Positions 8,587 through 17,056 of a DNA stretch of 64,000 nucleotides are shown one piece after another; position 1 is the first letter of the stretch; each line of letters opens with the position of its first letter. The notes under the pieces were generated by a model. That model worked only from the letters and a program-made list of their open reading frames with translations. It was not told the origin of the DNA and ran no database searches. Both the position numbers and the translations under genes were made by a program. Source of the DNA: an uncultured Candidatus Saccharibacteria bacterium (GTDB lineage Bacteria; Patescibacteriota; Minisyncoccia; Phycocordibacterales; UBA2100); contig CAZPGE010000004.1 of the NCBI GenBank assembly GCA_964586255.1, positions 32,693 to 96,692 on the forward strand, in the 5' to 3' direction.

Positions 8587-11001
8587 TTACTGAATTGTGA
8601 GAGGCACGCTCGTCACTTCTGATTGGCCTGTGAGCGTCTGTGCGACCGCTTGCAGCATCGAAGGCCCATATATCGTCGGTACATACGTGATGGCATACGG
8701 CGGCTGCGTAGCGGAGCCTATAAGCTGTCCGTTGAGGTAGTACGCAATAGAAACTATGTTCTGCGGATTCGGATAGTACGCAGAGATAGCGAGAGGCGTC
8801 CATGCGGGAGCAAAGCTACCAGGTGCGGGGGTGAGGATTCGGAATGCCCCGCTGTCAGTTGCTGGGGTAGTCGAGCTCAGCGAGAGCTGGCCCGCTGCCC
8901 ACATCTGCACAGGTGCATCCCAGTACGCGAGCTGCCTGTCGCCACGAGAGGTGCCGCCGGAGCGCGGGGAATCTTTGTTGACCCAGTAGAGAATCTCGTG
9001 CACGCCCTGCCCAGGGTCGCTATTCCATACACCACGGAGGACTGGAGGAAGCGCATCGCGCTCAGGCTCAGGAGAAGGCTCTATGAAGTCCCCCGCAGGG
9101 TATTTCTCCATCGCGTACTCCATAAACTCGTGCCACATCGGCGCGATGATAAACGCGGCGATACGTTTCTCGAGAGGCTCATTGTCGTTGTTGCCAGCCC
9201 ATGCCCCCACGGTCATATGAGGCGTGTAGCCCATTATCCAGACATCCCAGTAGTCGTTGGTGGTACCGGTCTTCGCGGCGACATCTTCACCAGGGAAGTA
9301 GAGCGGTGAGTTGGCGCCAAATTCCGGTGTGCGCGCGACGTTGTCTGAGAGGATGTCGCTAATCTGCCGTGCTGTTTGAGGATCGAGTGCGCGCGATTCT
9401 TCCTGTTTGAATTCTTCAAGTACGTTGCCCTTCATATCTTCGACGCGAAGTATCGCTGTGTGCGGATTACGCATGCCGTCATTGGCGAACACCGAGTACG
9501 CGCTCGTAAGCTCAAGGAGTGTCACATCGCCGCCGCCCAGTACGAGCGAGAGACCGTAGTTGGAGACATCGACGAGTGTGGTGATACCGACACGCTCTGC
9601 GACAGAGACAGCTTCTTTGACGCCCACGAGATAGAGAGTTTTCACTGCGGGTACGTTGAGCGACTGCGCGAGTGCCTCGCGGATAGTGATGGGTCCTTTG
9701 AAATTACCGTCGAAACTTGTTGGCGCGTAGCAAGGTGGTGTCGAGTTGAGTACATCTTGCGGAGCGCAAACGGTTGAGAACTGGGTGGGGAGATCGAAGA
9801 GCATGGTCTCTGGCGTGTATCCTTTTTCGAGCGCCGCTGCGTAGACGAATGGTTTAAATGCGGAGCCCGGTTGTTGGTGCGAAGTCGCTACGTTGACCTT
9901 GCCGTCTATAGTGTCGTCGAAATATCCCCGTGAGCCGACCATCGCGAGGACCTGGCCCGATGTCGGGTCTATCGCGACCATACCTTCGTTTGATGCATTG
10001 AAATTGGCCTCCATGCCAGGCGCATACTTGCCCACGACATCCTCCGCTTTTTTCTGGAGGTCGTAATCAAGTGTCGTAATCGCGCGGAGGCCCTCGCGGT
10101 TGACCGCATCGACACCATACTTACTCTCGAGATATTCGCGGACGTAGAAGACAAAGTGCGGTGCCTTTATTCCTGCCTCCGCCTCGTCTTTAAACTGCAC
10201 CTCTTCACTCGCGGCCTCGTCGTGCTCCTCTTGCGAGATGAATCCATGTTCGAGCATTTTTGCGAGCACCAGGTTTTTCCTGCGCTCGAGGAGGTCACGG
10301 TTGTTGCCATAGGGAGAGTAGCGCGTAGGAGCTTGCGGAAGTGCCGCAAGGTATGCCGCTTGAGCGAGGTCGACATCGCTCGCGTCTACCCCGAAGAAAT
10401 ACTGGCTCGCTTCTTGTATGCCGTATATTGTCCCCCCATACGGATTCTCATTGAGGTACGTCGCGAGTATTTGGTCTTTTGTATAGATGCGCTCCAAGCG
10501 GATAGCGAGAATGATTTCTTTTATCTTACGTGTGACCTTCTTGTCCTGTGTGAGAAGCGCATTTTTTACTACCTGCTGTGTGATGGTCGAACCGCCCTGG
10601 CCGCCGAGGAGGTCGCCGGTGGTGAGGTTGATCCATATTGCGCGGGCGAAGGCGAGCGGGCGGAAACCGAAGTGTTCATAAAATGATGCGTCTTCGATGG
10701 CGATAGTCGCTTTTTGGATATAGGGAGAGATGCTATCGAGCGGCACCGCGGTGCGTCGCATCGAGCCGTGCACATCGTAGAGCACGATGTTGCCCGTGCG
10801 GTCGAAGATCTTTGTCGATTGCGCGACCGCTCGATTCTCGAAATTGTCTATCGAGGGAATAGGCGTGAATGCAGCCCACGCGATGACACTTCCCAGCCCG
10901 AAAAATCCAAGCGCGATGAGGCCGATGAGCGAGAGCTTGAGCCACTCAGGGAGACGAGAGAAAAGGCGAACGGTGCGCCTGTAAAGCCGCTTTATATTCA
11001 T
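8587..11001 (-). CDS. mrcA: class A penicillin-binding protein 1A (GT51 transglycosylase + transpeptidase) with a ~150-aa C-terminal extension
   Basis: 'IAIEDASFYEHFG', 'GGSTITQQVVKN' (GT51 motifs), and the SxxK/SxN/KTG transpeptidase region. Confidence 0.9.
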   Translation of the reverse strand: MNIKRLYRRTVRLFSRLPEWLKLSLIGLIALGFFGLGSVIAWAAFTPIPSIDNFENRAVAQSTKIFDRTGNIVLYDVHGSMRRTAVPLDSISPYIQKATIAIEDASFYEHFGFRPLAFARAIWINLTTGDLLGGQGGSTITQQVVKNALLTQDKKVTRKIKEIILAIRLERIYTKDQILATYLNENPYGGTIYGIQEASQYFFGVDASDVDLAQAAYLAALPQAPTRYSPYGNNRDLLERRKNLVLAKMLEHGFISQEEHDEAASEEVQFKDEAEAGIKAPHFVFYVREYLESKYGVDAVNREGLRAITTLDYDLQKKAEDVVGKYAPGMEANFNASNEGMVAIDPTSGQVLAMVGSRGYFDDTIDGKVNVATSHQQPGSAFKPFVYAAALEKGYTPETMLFDLPTQFSTVCAPQDVLNSTPPCYAPTSFDGNFKGPITIREALAQSLNVPAVKTLYLVGVKEAVSVAERVGITTLVDVSNYGLSLVLGGGDVTLLELTSAYSVFANDGMRNPHTAILRVEDMKGNVLEEFKQEESRALDPQTARQISDILSDNVARTPEFGANSPLYFPGEDVAAKTGTTNDYWDVWIMGYTPHMTVGAWAGNNDNEPLEKRIAAFIIAPMWHEFMEYAMEKYPAGDFIEPSPEPERDALPPVLRGVWNSDPGQGVHEILYWVNKDSPRSGGTSRGDRQLAYWDAPVQMWAAGQLSLSSTTPATDSGAFRILTPAPGSFAPAWTPLAISAYYPNPQNIVSIAYYLNGQLIGSATQPPYAITYVPTIYGPSMLQAVAQTLTGQSEVTSVPLTIQ

Positions 11002-11022
11002 AGAGATACCTGCATTTTAGCG

Positions 11023-11529
11023 CTAATTTGCCTTTGAATGAAGCGCTTTCGCTGCAAGCATCTTGTACATCGCCAAATGCGTGACGCCGACCGCTATCGC
11101 ATCGTATTCATCGTCTAGACGCACAGGCTTCTCAATCTTTACAAGCGCATGAAGCATCTTTATCACCTGCTTTTTGTCAGCACCGCCAAAACCTGCCGCA
11201 GCCGCTTTCACCTCGGAGGGCGAGTACTCAAATACGGCAAGTGACGATTCTCCTGCGATGGAGAGGATGGCGCCGCGCACTTCGGCGACGCGCAGACCCG
11301 TCGTACGACTTTTTGCGAAATACAGTTTCTCCATCGCAAGACAATCCGGCGCATGTGAGCGGATAAGTCGACGGCACTCGGCAGCTACCGTGTTGAGACG
11401 CTCGGTAAATTCCGTGGTCGGAGATGTCTCGATGCAGTCGGAATAGAGGAGGACGTCGGTAGCACCTTGGCGCTCTACGACGGCGACACCGCACCGGCCG
11501 TAGCCCGGGTCGATAGCAAGGACCTTCAT
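11023..11529 (-). CDS. ruvC: crossover junction endodeoxyribonuclease RuvC
   Basis: 'LAIDPGYGRCGVAV' catalytic Asp motif and RuvC length. Confidence 0.9.
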   Translation of the reverse strand: MKVLAIDPGYGRCGVAVVERQGATDVLLYSDCIETSPTTEFTERLNTVAAECRRLIRSHAPDCLAMEKLYFAKSRTTGLRVAEVRGAILSIAGESSLAVFEYSPSEVKAAAAGFGGADKKQVIKMLHALVKIEKPVRLDDEYDAIAVGVTHLAMYKMLAAKALHSKAN

Positions 11530-11568
11530 AGAGAGAAGTGTAGCACCGCGAAGTGGTACGATACGGAG

Positions 11569-12063
11569 ATGCAGCCGTCGAAACTCCGTAGCGCGCTCTT
11601 TTTGCGCAATCTCGTGTTTGGCGTCGAGGATGGTCTCGTCTCCACAGTTGGTCTGCTCTCCGGAATTGCGATTGCAGGCGTCGACCGCGACACGATTTTC
11701 CTGACGGGTGTCGTACTTATTTTTGTCGAGGCGTTCTCCATGGCAGCAGGAAGCTTTCTCTCGGAAGCGTCAGTAGAAGAGATGGACGGCGGTACCGACG
11801 ACACGAGAGGCTCACTCGCTGCGGGCGCCATTATGTTTGCATCGTATTTCGTAGCGGGCTTTGTGCCGCTCTTCCCGTACGTGATCTTCGGTGTCTCGGA
11901 TGCGTTTTGGATATCAATCATCTCTTCGGTCTTCGTCCTCTTTGTCCTTGGATACTGGAGTGCGATGCACACGAAGAAGCCGTGGCGTAAAGCACTGCGC
12001 ATGGGTCTCGTTGGCGGACTTGCGATACTCGTCGGTGCCGCGTCAGGAAGCTTCCTTTCATAA
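11569..12063 (+). CDS. VIT1/CCC1-family membrane protein (putative Fe/Mn transporter)
   Basis: 'LRNLVFGVEDGLVSTVGLLSGIAIAG' VIT-family motif. Start taken at the ATG at 11569, divergent from ruvC. Confidence 0.7.
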   Translation: MQPSKLRSALFLRNLVFGVEDGLVSTVGLLSGIAIAGVDRDTIFLTGVVLIFVEAFSMAAGSFLSEASVEEMDGGTDDTRGSLAAGAIMFASYFVAGFVPLFPYVIFGVSDAFWISIISSVFVLFVLGYWSAMHTKKPWRKALRMGLVGGLAILVGAASGSFLS

Positions 12064-12098
12064 AAAAGAAATGCCCGACATGAAGTCGGGCTTTCGAA
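12064..12098. terminator. bidirectional intrinsic terminator between the convergent VIT gene and the glutaredoxin-like gene
   Basis: A-tract, then GCCCGAC-atgaa-GTCGGGC hairpin, then TTTCG. Confidence 0.5.
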
Positions 12099-12116
12099 TC
12101 TCCTCTGCGTCGGGGC

Positions 12117-12464
12117 TTACCGTACGCAGAGATTCATCTTGATGGCGGTCACGTCGAACCCGAGGATTTTGCCGCGCTCGGTGGCAATCACGGGCACGCC
12201 ACGTCGTGCGATTTCGCGGACCTCCTGGTTGTCGGTCTTTTCGACGTCGATTTCGAAAAAGTCGACACCGATTGCCCTAAGGTACCAACGAGCAGCGTGA
12301 CACTGCGAGCACCAGGTAGTCATGTAGAGCACGACTTCCTGTGTCTGGCAGTGTGCCGTCTGCGCGGAAGCACTGCCCAAGCTCAGCATGGTCGCCAGAA
12401 TGGCGACGAGAATAATACGCATGACAGCGTCTCCATCTAGAGGGAACTGCTTACATAGTACCAT
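12117..12464 (-). CDS. secreted glutaredoxin/NrdH-like thioredoxin-fold protein (CxxC)
   Basis: 'TTWCSQCHAARWYL' CxxC motif plus 'VPVI'. Signal-peptide-like N-terminus. The true start is probably the internal Met ('MRIILVAIL', about 12422). Confidence 0.6.
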   Translation of the reverse strand: MVLCKQFPLDGDAVMRIILVAILATMLSLGSASAQTAHCQTQEVVLYMTTWCSQCHAARWYLRAIGVDFFEIDVEKTDNQEVREIARRGVPVIATERGKILGFDVTAIKMNLCVR

Positions 12465-12520
12465 ATTTCAGCGGAAAAAGCAAGTCCCGGCAGCCCACTA
12501 TTCTGCCCATATATGAAGCC

Positions 12521-12553
12521 AAAAAAACGGACCGTCGCGGTCTGCGACGGCCC
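12521..12553 (-). terminator. intrinsic terminator downstream of the HD-domain gene
   Basis: On the minus strand, a GGGCCGTCGC-loop-GCGACGGTCC hairpin followed by a T-run (seen as A-run 12521-12527 on the plus strand). Confidence 0.5.
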
Positions 12554-12568
12554 ACCCCGCGGGGTCTC

Positions 12569-13291
12569 CTACGCGGCCAAACGCCGCTCGACGATGCTCA
12601 TGGTGTCTTCGAATTCATGCACGAGCATGTGGTACTTCTCGGCCAGGGGCAGGATGAAGTCTTTCGTCTCGGAGAGCTTCCTCCGGATGCGTGCCTCGTC
12701 TTGTCCCCAGATCGTGATGATGTTGTGAAGTCGCTCGGGCAGCTTCACGCAGAGCGCCTTCCTCGGCGCTTTGCTGAGTCGGCGATGATATCGGCGGTCG
12801 ATATCGTCGGACGTCTCGTGGCCTCCGTTGGCGACAGGCTTGGTGACCCACCAGACGAGATTCGCAATCTTCCTGTTGAACTCCGCCGCAATGCGGTTGA
12901 AGTTCCACTCATCGGGGCAGTCCTCGATGCAGTCGTGCATGAGAATCGCACAGATGATGTTGGCGTTGCGGACCCGCATGTACACGATGGCAATCAGCGC
13001 GCTCACCCGGAGATGTTCGAAATACTGATCTCCGTTGTCGCGCATCTTGTTGCGGAAGCTCCGCTCCATCGCGTCGTAGGCGCGCTCGATGAGCAGGTAC
13101 TGCTTGCTCAAGCACGGCCAAATTTCGCCGATGCGGGCGAAGAACGACTCTTTCGTCGCCGCCTTGTCGAGCACTCCTGCAAGTTTTTCCTCGAGCCACC
13201 GGGGCAGGTTGGTCCCCGACAGCAGTTGCTTCTTGGATTCTTTTTGGCGCGTACTCGCGCGGGATTGTATACCCGAATGGCTCTGTGCCAT
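12569..13291 (-). CDS. HD-domain (p)ppGpp hydrolase-like protein (hydrolase domain of the RelA/SpoT family only; small alarmone hydrolase-like)
   Basis: 'ILMHDCIEDC' (HD motif) and 'KLPERLHNIITI' (cf. SpoT 'KLADRLHNMRT'). High-GC gene with strong GC3 bias. Confidence 0.6.
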   Translation of the reverse strand: MAQSHSGIQSRASTRQKESKKQLLSGTNLPRWLEEKLAGVLDKAATKESFFARIGEIWPCLSKQYLLIERAYDAMERSFRNKMRDNGDQYFEHLRVSALIAIVYMRVRNANIICAILMHDCIEDCPDEWNFNRIAAEFNRKIANLVWWVTKPVANGGHETSDDIDRRYHRRLSKAPRKALCVKLPERLHNIITIWGQDEARIRRKLSETKDFILPLAEKYHMLVHEFEDTMSIVERRLAA

Positions 13292-13357
13292 GGTGTCCTC
13301 CCGTCATGCCAAAATGGCTGCGGCGACCATAGCACTGAGTGACCTATGAATCAATGT

Positions 13358-13888
13358 TCACGCAGCGTTGGTGTGTACCTCTTCCACATCGTCGTACGCA
13401 TCGATTTCTTCGAGAATTTTCATGAGTGCCTCGTTCTCGCCTTCGGTGAGCTCCACGGTCGTCTTGGGTTCGTACCCTTCGGCGGTCTTTTCAAAGGCCC
13501 ACATCGCTGAACCGGGGGAAGCAAGCGCGATGCCGTTTTTACTGAGTAGGTGTTTTATCTCCTGCGCCGTCCTGTTGCGGCTATCGGTGAGGACATCTAT
13601 CAAGATAGCGGCGCCGCCCGGACCGTACGCTTCGTACGTAATGCTCTCAAGCGCAGCCGAATCCGCCGCGATACCTTTTGCCACGGCGCGGTCGATAGTG
13701 TCTTTGGGCATGTTTGTTTTCTTGCCGCGCTCAATCGCTGCGCGGAGGCCCGGCGCATTCACATCGCCCTTCGCCAGCTTGCTCTCTACCGCGATGCGCT
13801 TACCCATCTTGCCCCAGAGGTTGCTCTTGGCTTTGTCGGCAGCGCCTTTCTGTCTTTTTATTTGCGCCCATTTGTTGTGACCGGACAT
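13358..13888 (-). CDS. YebC/PmpR-family transcriptional regulator, unusually short (about 176 aa)
   Basis: 'MSGHNKWAQIKRQKGAADKAKSNLWGK' and 'YEAYGPGGAAILIDVLTDSRNRTAQEI' match YebC. The C-terminal domain is about 65 aa shorter than in E. coli YebC. Start taken at the internal ATG. Confidence 0.75.
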   Translation of the reverse strand: MSGHNKWAQIKRQKGAADKAKSNLWGKMGKRIAVESKLAKGDVNAPGLRAAIERGKKTNMPKDTIDRAVAKGIAADSAALESITYEAYGPGGAAILIDVLTDSRNRTAQEIKHLLSKNGIALASPGSAMWAFEKTAEGYEPKTTVELTEGENEALMKILEEIDAYDDVEEVHTNAA

Positions 13889-14027
13889 GAGAGTAGGGTA
13901 TAGGGGAAGGAAAGAAAATGCAAAATACTCCGGTGGGGTGCGTAGAATCCTTGTGTAATGGGGCGCGAGGAGTAGGCTTCCACCCAGGTCTCCCGGCCGG
14001 GAGCTCAAAAAGACTTGTGAGGCCGCA

Positions 14028-14258
14028 ATGCTTGCAATCCATCTTGCCGGAAACGGCCACCTGATGCTGACTGCCCCCGATGGTGCTACGCCATCGGACG
14101 AACAAATTCGTGCCGCCGCTTCCCGGATTTGTCCGGAAAGTAAACTCGAAGTTCTCAATCGTGGGTTCGGGGGAGGAGTCGTCTTCGATTTCCCCGACTC
14201 GTCGCCCGTGGATCACGCGCGTCTCCTGCTGCATCTCGACGCGCACCACATCGAGTAG
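14028..14258 (+). CDS. small acidic protein, paralog 1 of a tandem pair (76 aa)
   Basis: GAGG RBS 6 nt upstream. Conserved about 100-nt upstream leader shared with the 14433 gene. Followed by an intrinsic terminator. C-terminus 'DFPDSSPVDHARLLLHLD' is similar to paralog 2. Confidence 0.45.
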   Translation: MLAIHLAGNGHLMLTAPDGATPSDEQIRAAASRICPESKLEVLNRGFGGGVVFDFPDSSPVDHARLLLHLDAHHIE

Positions 14259-14289
14259 TACTCGCCTGCGTTGGTATTGGTATTGCGTA

Positions 14290-14321
14290 ACCGCCCATGA
14301 AAATGGGCGGTACTCTTTTTA
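14290..14321 (+). terminator. intrinsic terminator after small gene 1
   Basis: ACCGCCCAT-gaaa-ATGGGCGGT hairpin followed by ACTCTTTTTA. Confidence 0.6.
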
Positions 14322-14432
14322 TATACGTGCTGAATACACAGATTTTGCAAAATACTCCTTGTGCTCTTGCTCGCTGGCGGTACGCTTTGTGTAGGTCTCC
14401 CAATCGGGAGCTGAAAAAAGTGCGAGGTAGCC

Positions 14433-14639
14433 ATGTCTGCAATCCGCGCTATCGACGACCAGGCGCCCGACTCGAACGTTTCAATACTGCCGAAAGCAAA
14501 TCTCGGACAGGCAGCGACCCAGGTCAGCTCCAGCTCCGAGACCGACGTGTTCGGGTACGATCCTGATGATACGGATATCATCGATCTCCCCGGTTCGTCC
14601 GTCGGACGATTGCACCTGCTGCGATACCTCGACATCTGA
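14433..14639 (+). CDS. small acidic protein, paralog 2 of a tandem pair (68 aa)
   Basis: Same leader architecture (GCAAAATACTCC ... GGTCTCCCnnnCGGGAGCT ... GAGG-N6-ATG). C-terminus 'DLPGSSVGRLHLLRYLD'. Own terminator. Confidence 0.45.
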   Translation: MSAIRAIDDQAPDSNVSILPKANLGQAATQVSSSSETDVFGYDPDDTDIIDLPGSSVGRLHLLRYLDI

Positions 14640-14670
14640 GTCGAGACGAACTCCACCGGAGTTTACGGAA

Positions 14671-14699
14671 CCGCTCACGAAAGTGAGCGGCCCCCTTTT
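14671..14699 (+). terminator. intrinsic terminator after small gene 2
   Basis: CCGCTCAC-gaaa-GTGAGCGG hairpin followed by CCCCCTTTT. Confidence 0.6.
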
Positions 14700-14767
14700 G
14701 TGGTGTGTGCCAAAAAGAAAAGGCGGCCGCGATGCGGTCGCCCTCGAGTCTCGAAGCCCTGCGGAGC

Positions 14768-15265
14768 TCACGCTCCTTGGAATGCGTCCGCTACCACCTC
14801 CTCGCGCTGCGGCGGCTCCCAGTGGGCCGGCATCACGTTGCATGACGCGAAGTAAAATCCGCAGACGAAAAATATCGTGCCGAATATATTGCACACGTTG
14901 CCCATAATCGGTGTGAAGGGAAACACATTTACGATATTGAAGAGAAGCAGGAACGCAGGCACCACCCTGAAATACCAATGCGCTTTCGCGGGGTTCATGT
15001 GGTGCGGTCGCGTGACCACCAGATGCTCAGCATTCGAGAGCGACATCATCACGCCGAGCCAAGCGAGCCCCATGAGGGGGCCGAAGAATCTCAAAAGCGC
15101 CGGCTCCGTGAGTCCCCATCCGAGAGTGTGACACAGTGCTCCCAGCGTGTAGCCCGTGCGCGAAAGGTCGAAGCAGTTGTACCCGAATCGATACTCGATA
15201 CGCCATGCAAACGGTTCGGCGATTTCGTTGATGATGCGCTCGTCAGTGCGTGCAAAGAAGCCCAT
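14768..15265 (-). CDS. hypothetical integral membrane protein
   Basis: Four to five hydrophobic helices. No recognisable family. Confidence 0.45.
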   Translation of the reverse strand: MGFFARTDERIINEIAEPFAWRIEYRFGYNCFDLSRTGYTLGALCHTLGWGLTEPALLRFFGPLMGLAWLGVMMSLSNAEHLVVTRPHHMNPAKAHWYFRVVPAFLLLFNIVNVFPFTPIMGNVCNIFGTIFFVCGFYFASCNVMPAHWEPPQREEVVADAFQGA

Positions 15266-15640
15266 GGATTCCTCCCCGATTCACTGCGGGGAATATGGCA
15301 TGTGCGAGACTGGCCTGTCAAAGGCAGTGTTTATGCACAGGGATATCCACATACTTATACACTGCATATCCACTCGAAATCCCCCGAAATAGGGGAAAGT
15401 GCTCGATGTGCATGATTGCGCACGCATATATACTCACTTTATCGATGCGCTTTACCGTGCGTCGGTCGCCACCGAGAGACAAGTAGAAATACTTTTCTCC
15501 TCGGAGGCAGTTCCCTGGGTAAGTCCATGCGCAAGCTAGAGACAATGCGGGAGCAGTCGGTCAGAGCATTGAGGTGATAGCTGTAGTACGAGGAGATCGT
15601 ATCAAGCCGGACTGGAGGTATCATTCATCCGAAATGGCCG

Positions 15641-15678
15641 AAAACGAAAAGGGTCTCCGCAAGGAGACCCTTTTCGCT
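15641..15678. terminator. bidirectional intrinsic terminator inside a ~490-bp non-coding stretch
   Basis: A-tract, GGGTCTCC-gcaa-GGAGACCC (15651-15670), then TTTT. Confidence 0.45.
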
Positions 15679-15755
15679 ACCGTGCGTGTGCATTCATTGT
15701 ACAGACCGCATGTGAGGGGACACGCTGCTTATCCCCACACACGCCCGGCCTCAAT

Positions 15756-16097
15756 TTGATGGAAGATAGTTTGGAACATGTGCAGCACCTCTTCGACTCT
15801 TCGGGGTTTTGGATAGCTTTTCGTTTTGATCGCAATATTTTCGATACCGTCGGCAACTGGGTAGGGTGGCTTCCTTTTGAAGATGACCACGCTGAGGTCC
15901 ACGACACCAAGGGTACCTACCTCGGCCACATCTATCCCGGCAATCGCTTCTATCGTAATTTCAGATTCATTCGCCGCGAGGCTATCGAGAAGCCCTCACG
16001 CCCCGCCTACATCCGCCGCCAAACATTCCCCGGCTCTATCGGCCCTTCACGGCTCCCCATCGGCTGCAGCGACATCCGTCTAAGCGCGCATGTGTGA
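15756..16097 (+). CDS. hypothetical protein (113 aa)
   Basis: ORF with gene-like mixed composition. No recognisable motif. Confidence 0.3.
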   Translation: MMEDSLEHVQHLFDSSGFWIAFRFDRNIFDTVGNWVGWLPFEDDHAEVHDTKGTYLGHIYPGNRFYRNFRFIRREAIEKPSRPAYIRRQTFPGSIGPSRLPIGCSDIRLSAHV

Positions 16098-16197
16098 GCT
16101 AAGGAGCGCGGCCCTGATTACTTCTCGGCGCTGAATCTTCCGCAAATCTTCATGGAGAGAGGGTTAGGCTGAGGGCTTACGATAACTTCTTATCTCC

Positions 16198-16560
16198 ATG
16201 ACAACCGATGATTCGCAAAAAGGTGTAAAGCCTCTCTACAGAGGCACGCAGGTAGTGTGGTACATATTCTCAGTCGTCGAAGTGCTCCTGGTATTCCGCT
16301 TCTTGCTCAAGCTTCTTGGTGCAAATCCGGAGGCAGGATTCACCGCGTTTATTTACACGCTCAGCTATCCGCTCGCTGCACCATTTCTCTATGTGGTGCG
16401 TTCGACACAAGTATCGGGAAGTGTGTTTGAATGGACCACTCTGCTCGCCATGCTCGTGTATTGGATAGTCGCCTGGGGGATTGTGCGCCTGTTTGTTATG
16501 GGCAAACCAGTTTCACGCGCAGAGGCCAACGTGAAGCTCCAAGCGCAAGACGTCGCATAG
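16198..16560 (+). CDS. YggT/Ycf19-family small membrane protein
   Basis: 'VVEVLLVFRFLLKLLGANP' is the YggT hallmark. Two TM helices. Confidence 0.6.
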   Translation: MTTDDSQKGVKPLYRGTQVVWYIFSVVEVLLVFRFLLKLLGANPEAGFTAFIYTLSYPLAAPFLYVVRSTQVSGSVFEWTTLLAMLVYWIVAWGIVRLFVMGKPVSRAEANVKLQAQDVA

Positions 16561-16670
16561 CGACTGCTCAAAAAAATTCTTGTCCGCACGACAGTTGCCT
16601 CGATTGCACTTTCTGCTATGGTCGAGGCGGATATACCAGGTCTCGAACATGGTCATGAGGGAGAACCGCG

Positions 16671-16991
16671 ATGAGGAAATGGGGAACGACACAGCTAGGC
16701 TGGGGGCCGCACCGCAGTGTGGCGGGAGGACGAATTCAACGTAAGCTTTCCCGCCTGAGCGTCCGCGGGAAGTCACTTCCCGATGATTCCGGTCTAAAGG
16801 CCATTTTTGACGCGGTCGTCGCAGGCCGTGAGATTCAGATCGTAGAGCGCGACAGTCGATCGGTGACGCTCGAAGCTCCAGACGATGACGCAGTCTGGAA
16901 CCTGCTCTTGCCGAAAATTGCGGAAGCCATCGACGCTCCGGCAATTGCGGAAAGAAAGGCACGGCAGCAGACACGGCGTAGACGGCATTGA
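16671..16991 (+). CDS. hypothetical small basic protein
   Basis: GAGGGAGA RBS upstream. Intrinsic terminator immediately downstream. Confidence 0.35.
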   Translation: MRKWGTTQLGWGPHRSVAGGRIQRKLSRLSVRGKSLPDDSGLKAIFDAVVAGREIQIVERDSRSVTLEAPDDDAVWNLLLPKIAEAIDAPAIAERKARQQTRRRRH

Positions 16992-17007
16992 AGAAATGCC
17001 AAGGAGA

Positions 17008-17033
17008 GCGGGCCTCGTGCCCGCCTTTTTCTT
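17008..17033 (+). terminator. intrinsic terminator (GCGGGC-ctcgt-GCCCGC then CTTTTT)
   Basis: Hairpin plus T-tract. Lies between the convergent 16671 gene and ruvB. Confidence 0.5.
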
Positions 17034-17056
17034 TGGGAAAGTCCCGGAAGGGCGCG

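Noticed and set aside
14155-14978. Several 95-165-aa minus-strand ORFs (14155-14442, 14213-14656, 14481-14978)
   Set aside because: They are antisense to the two small plus-strand genes and their terminators in a GC-rich region. The plus-strand genes have RBSs, conserved leaders and terminators, so the minus-strand ORFs are considered spurious.
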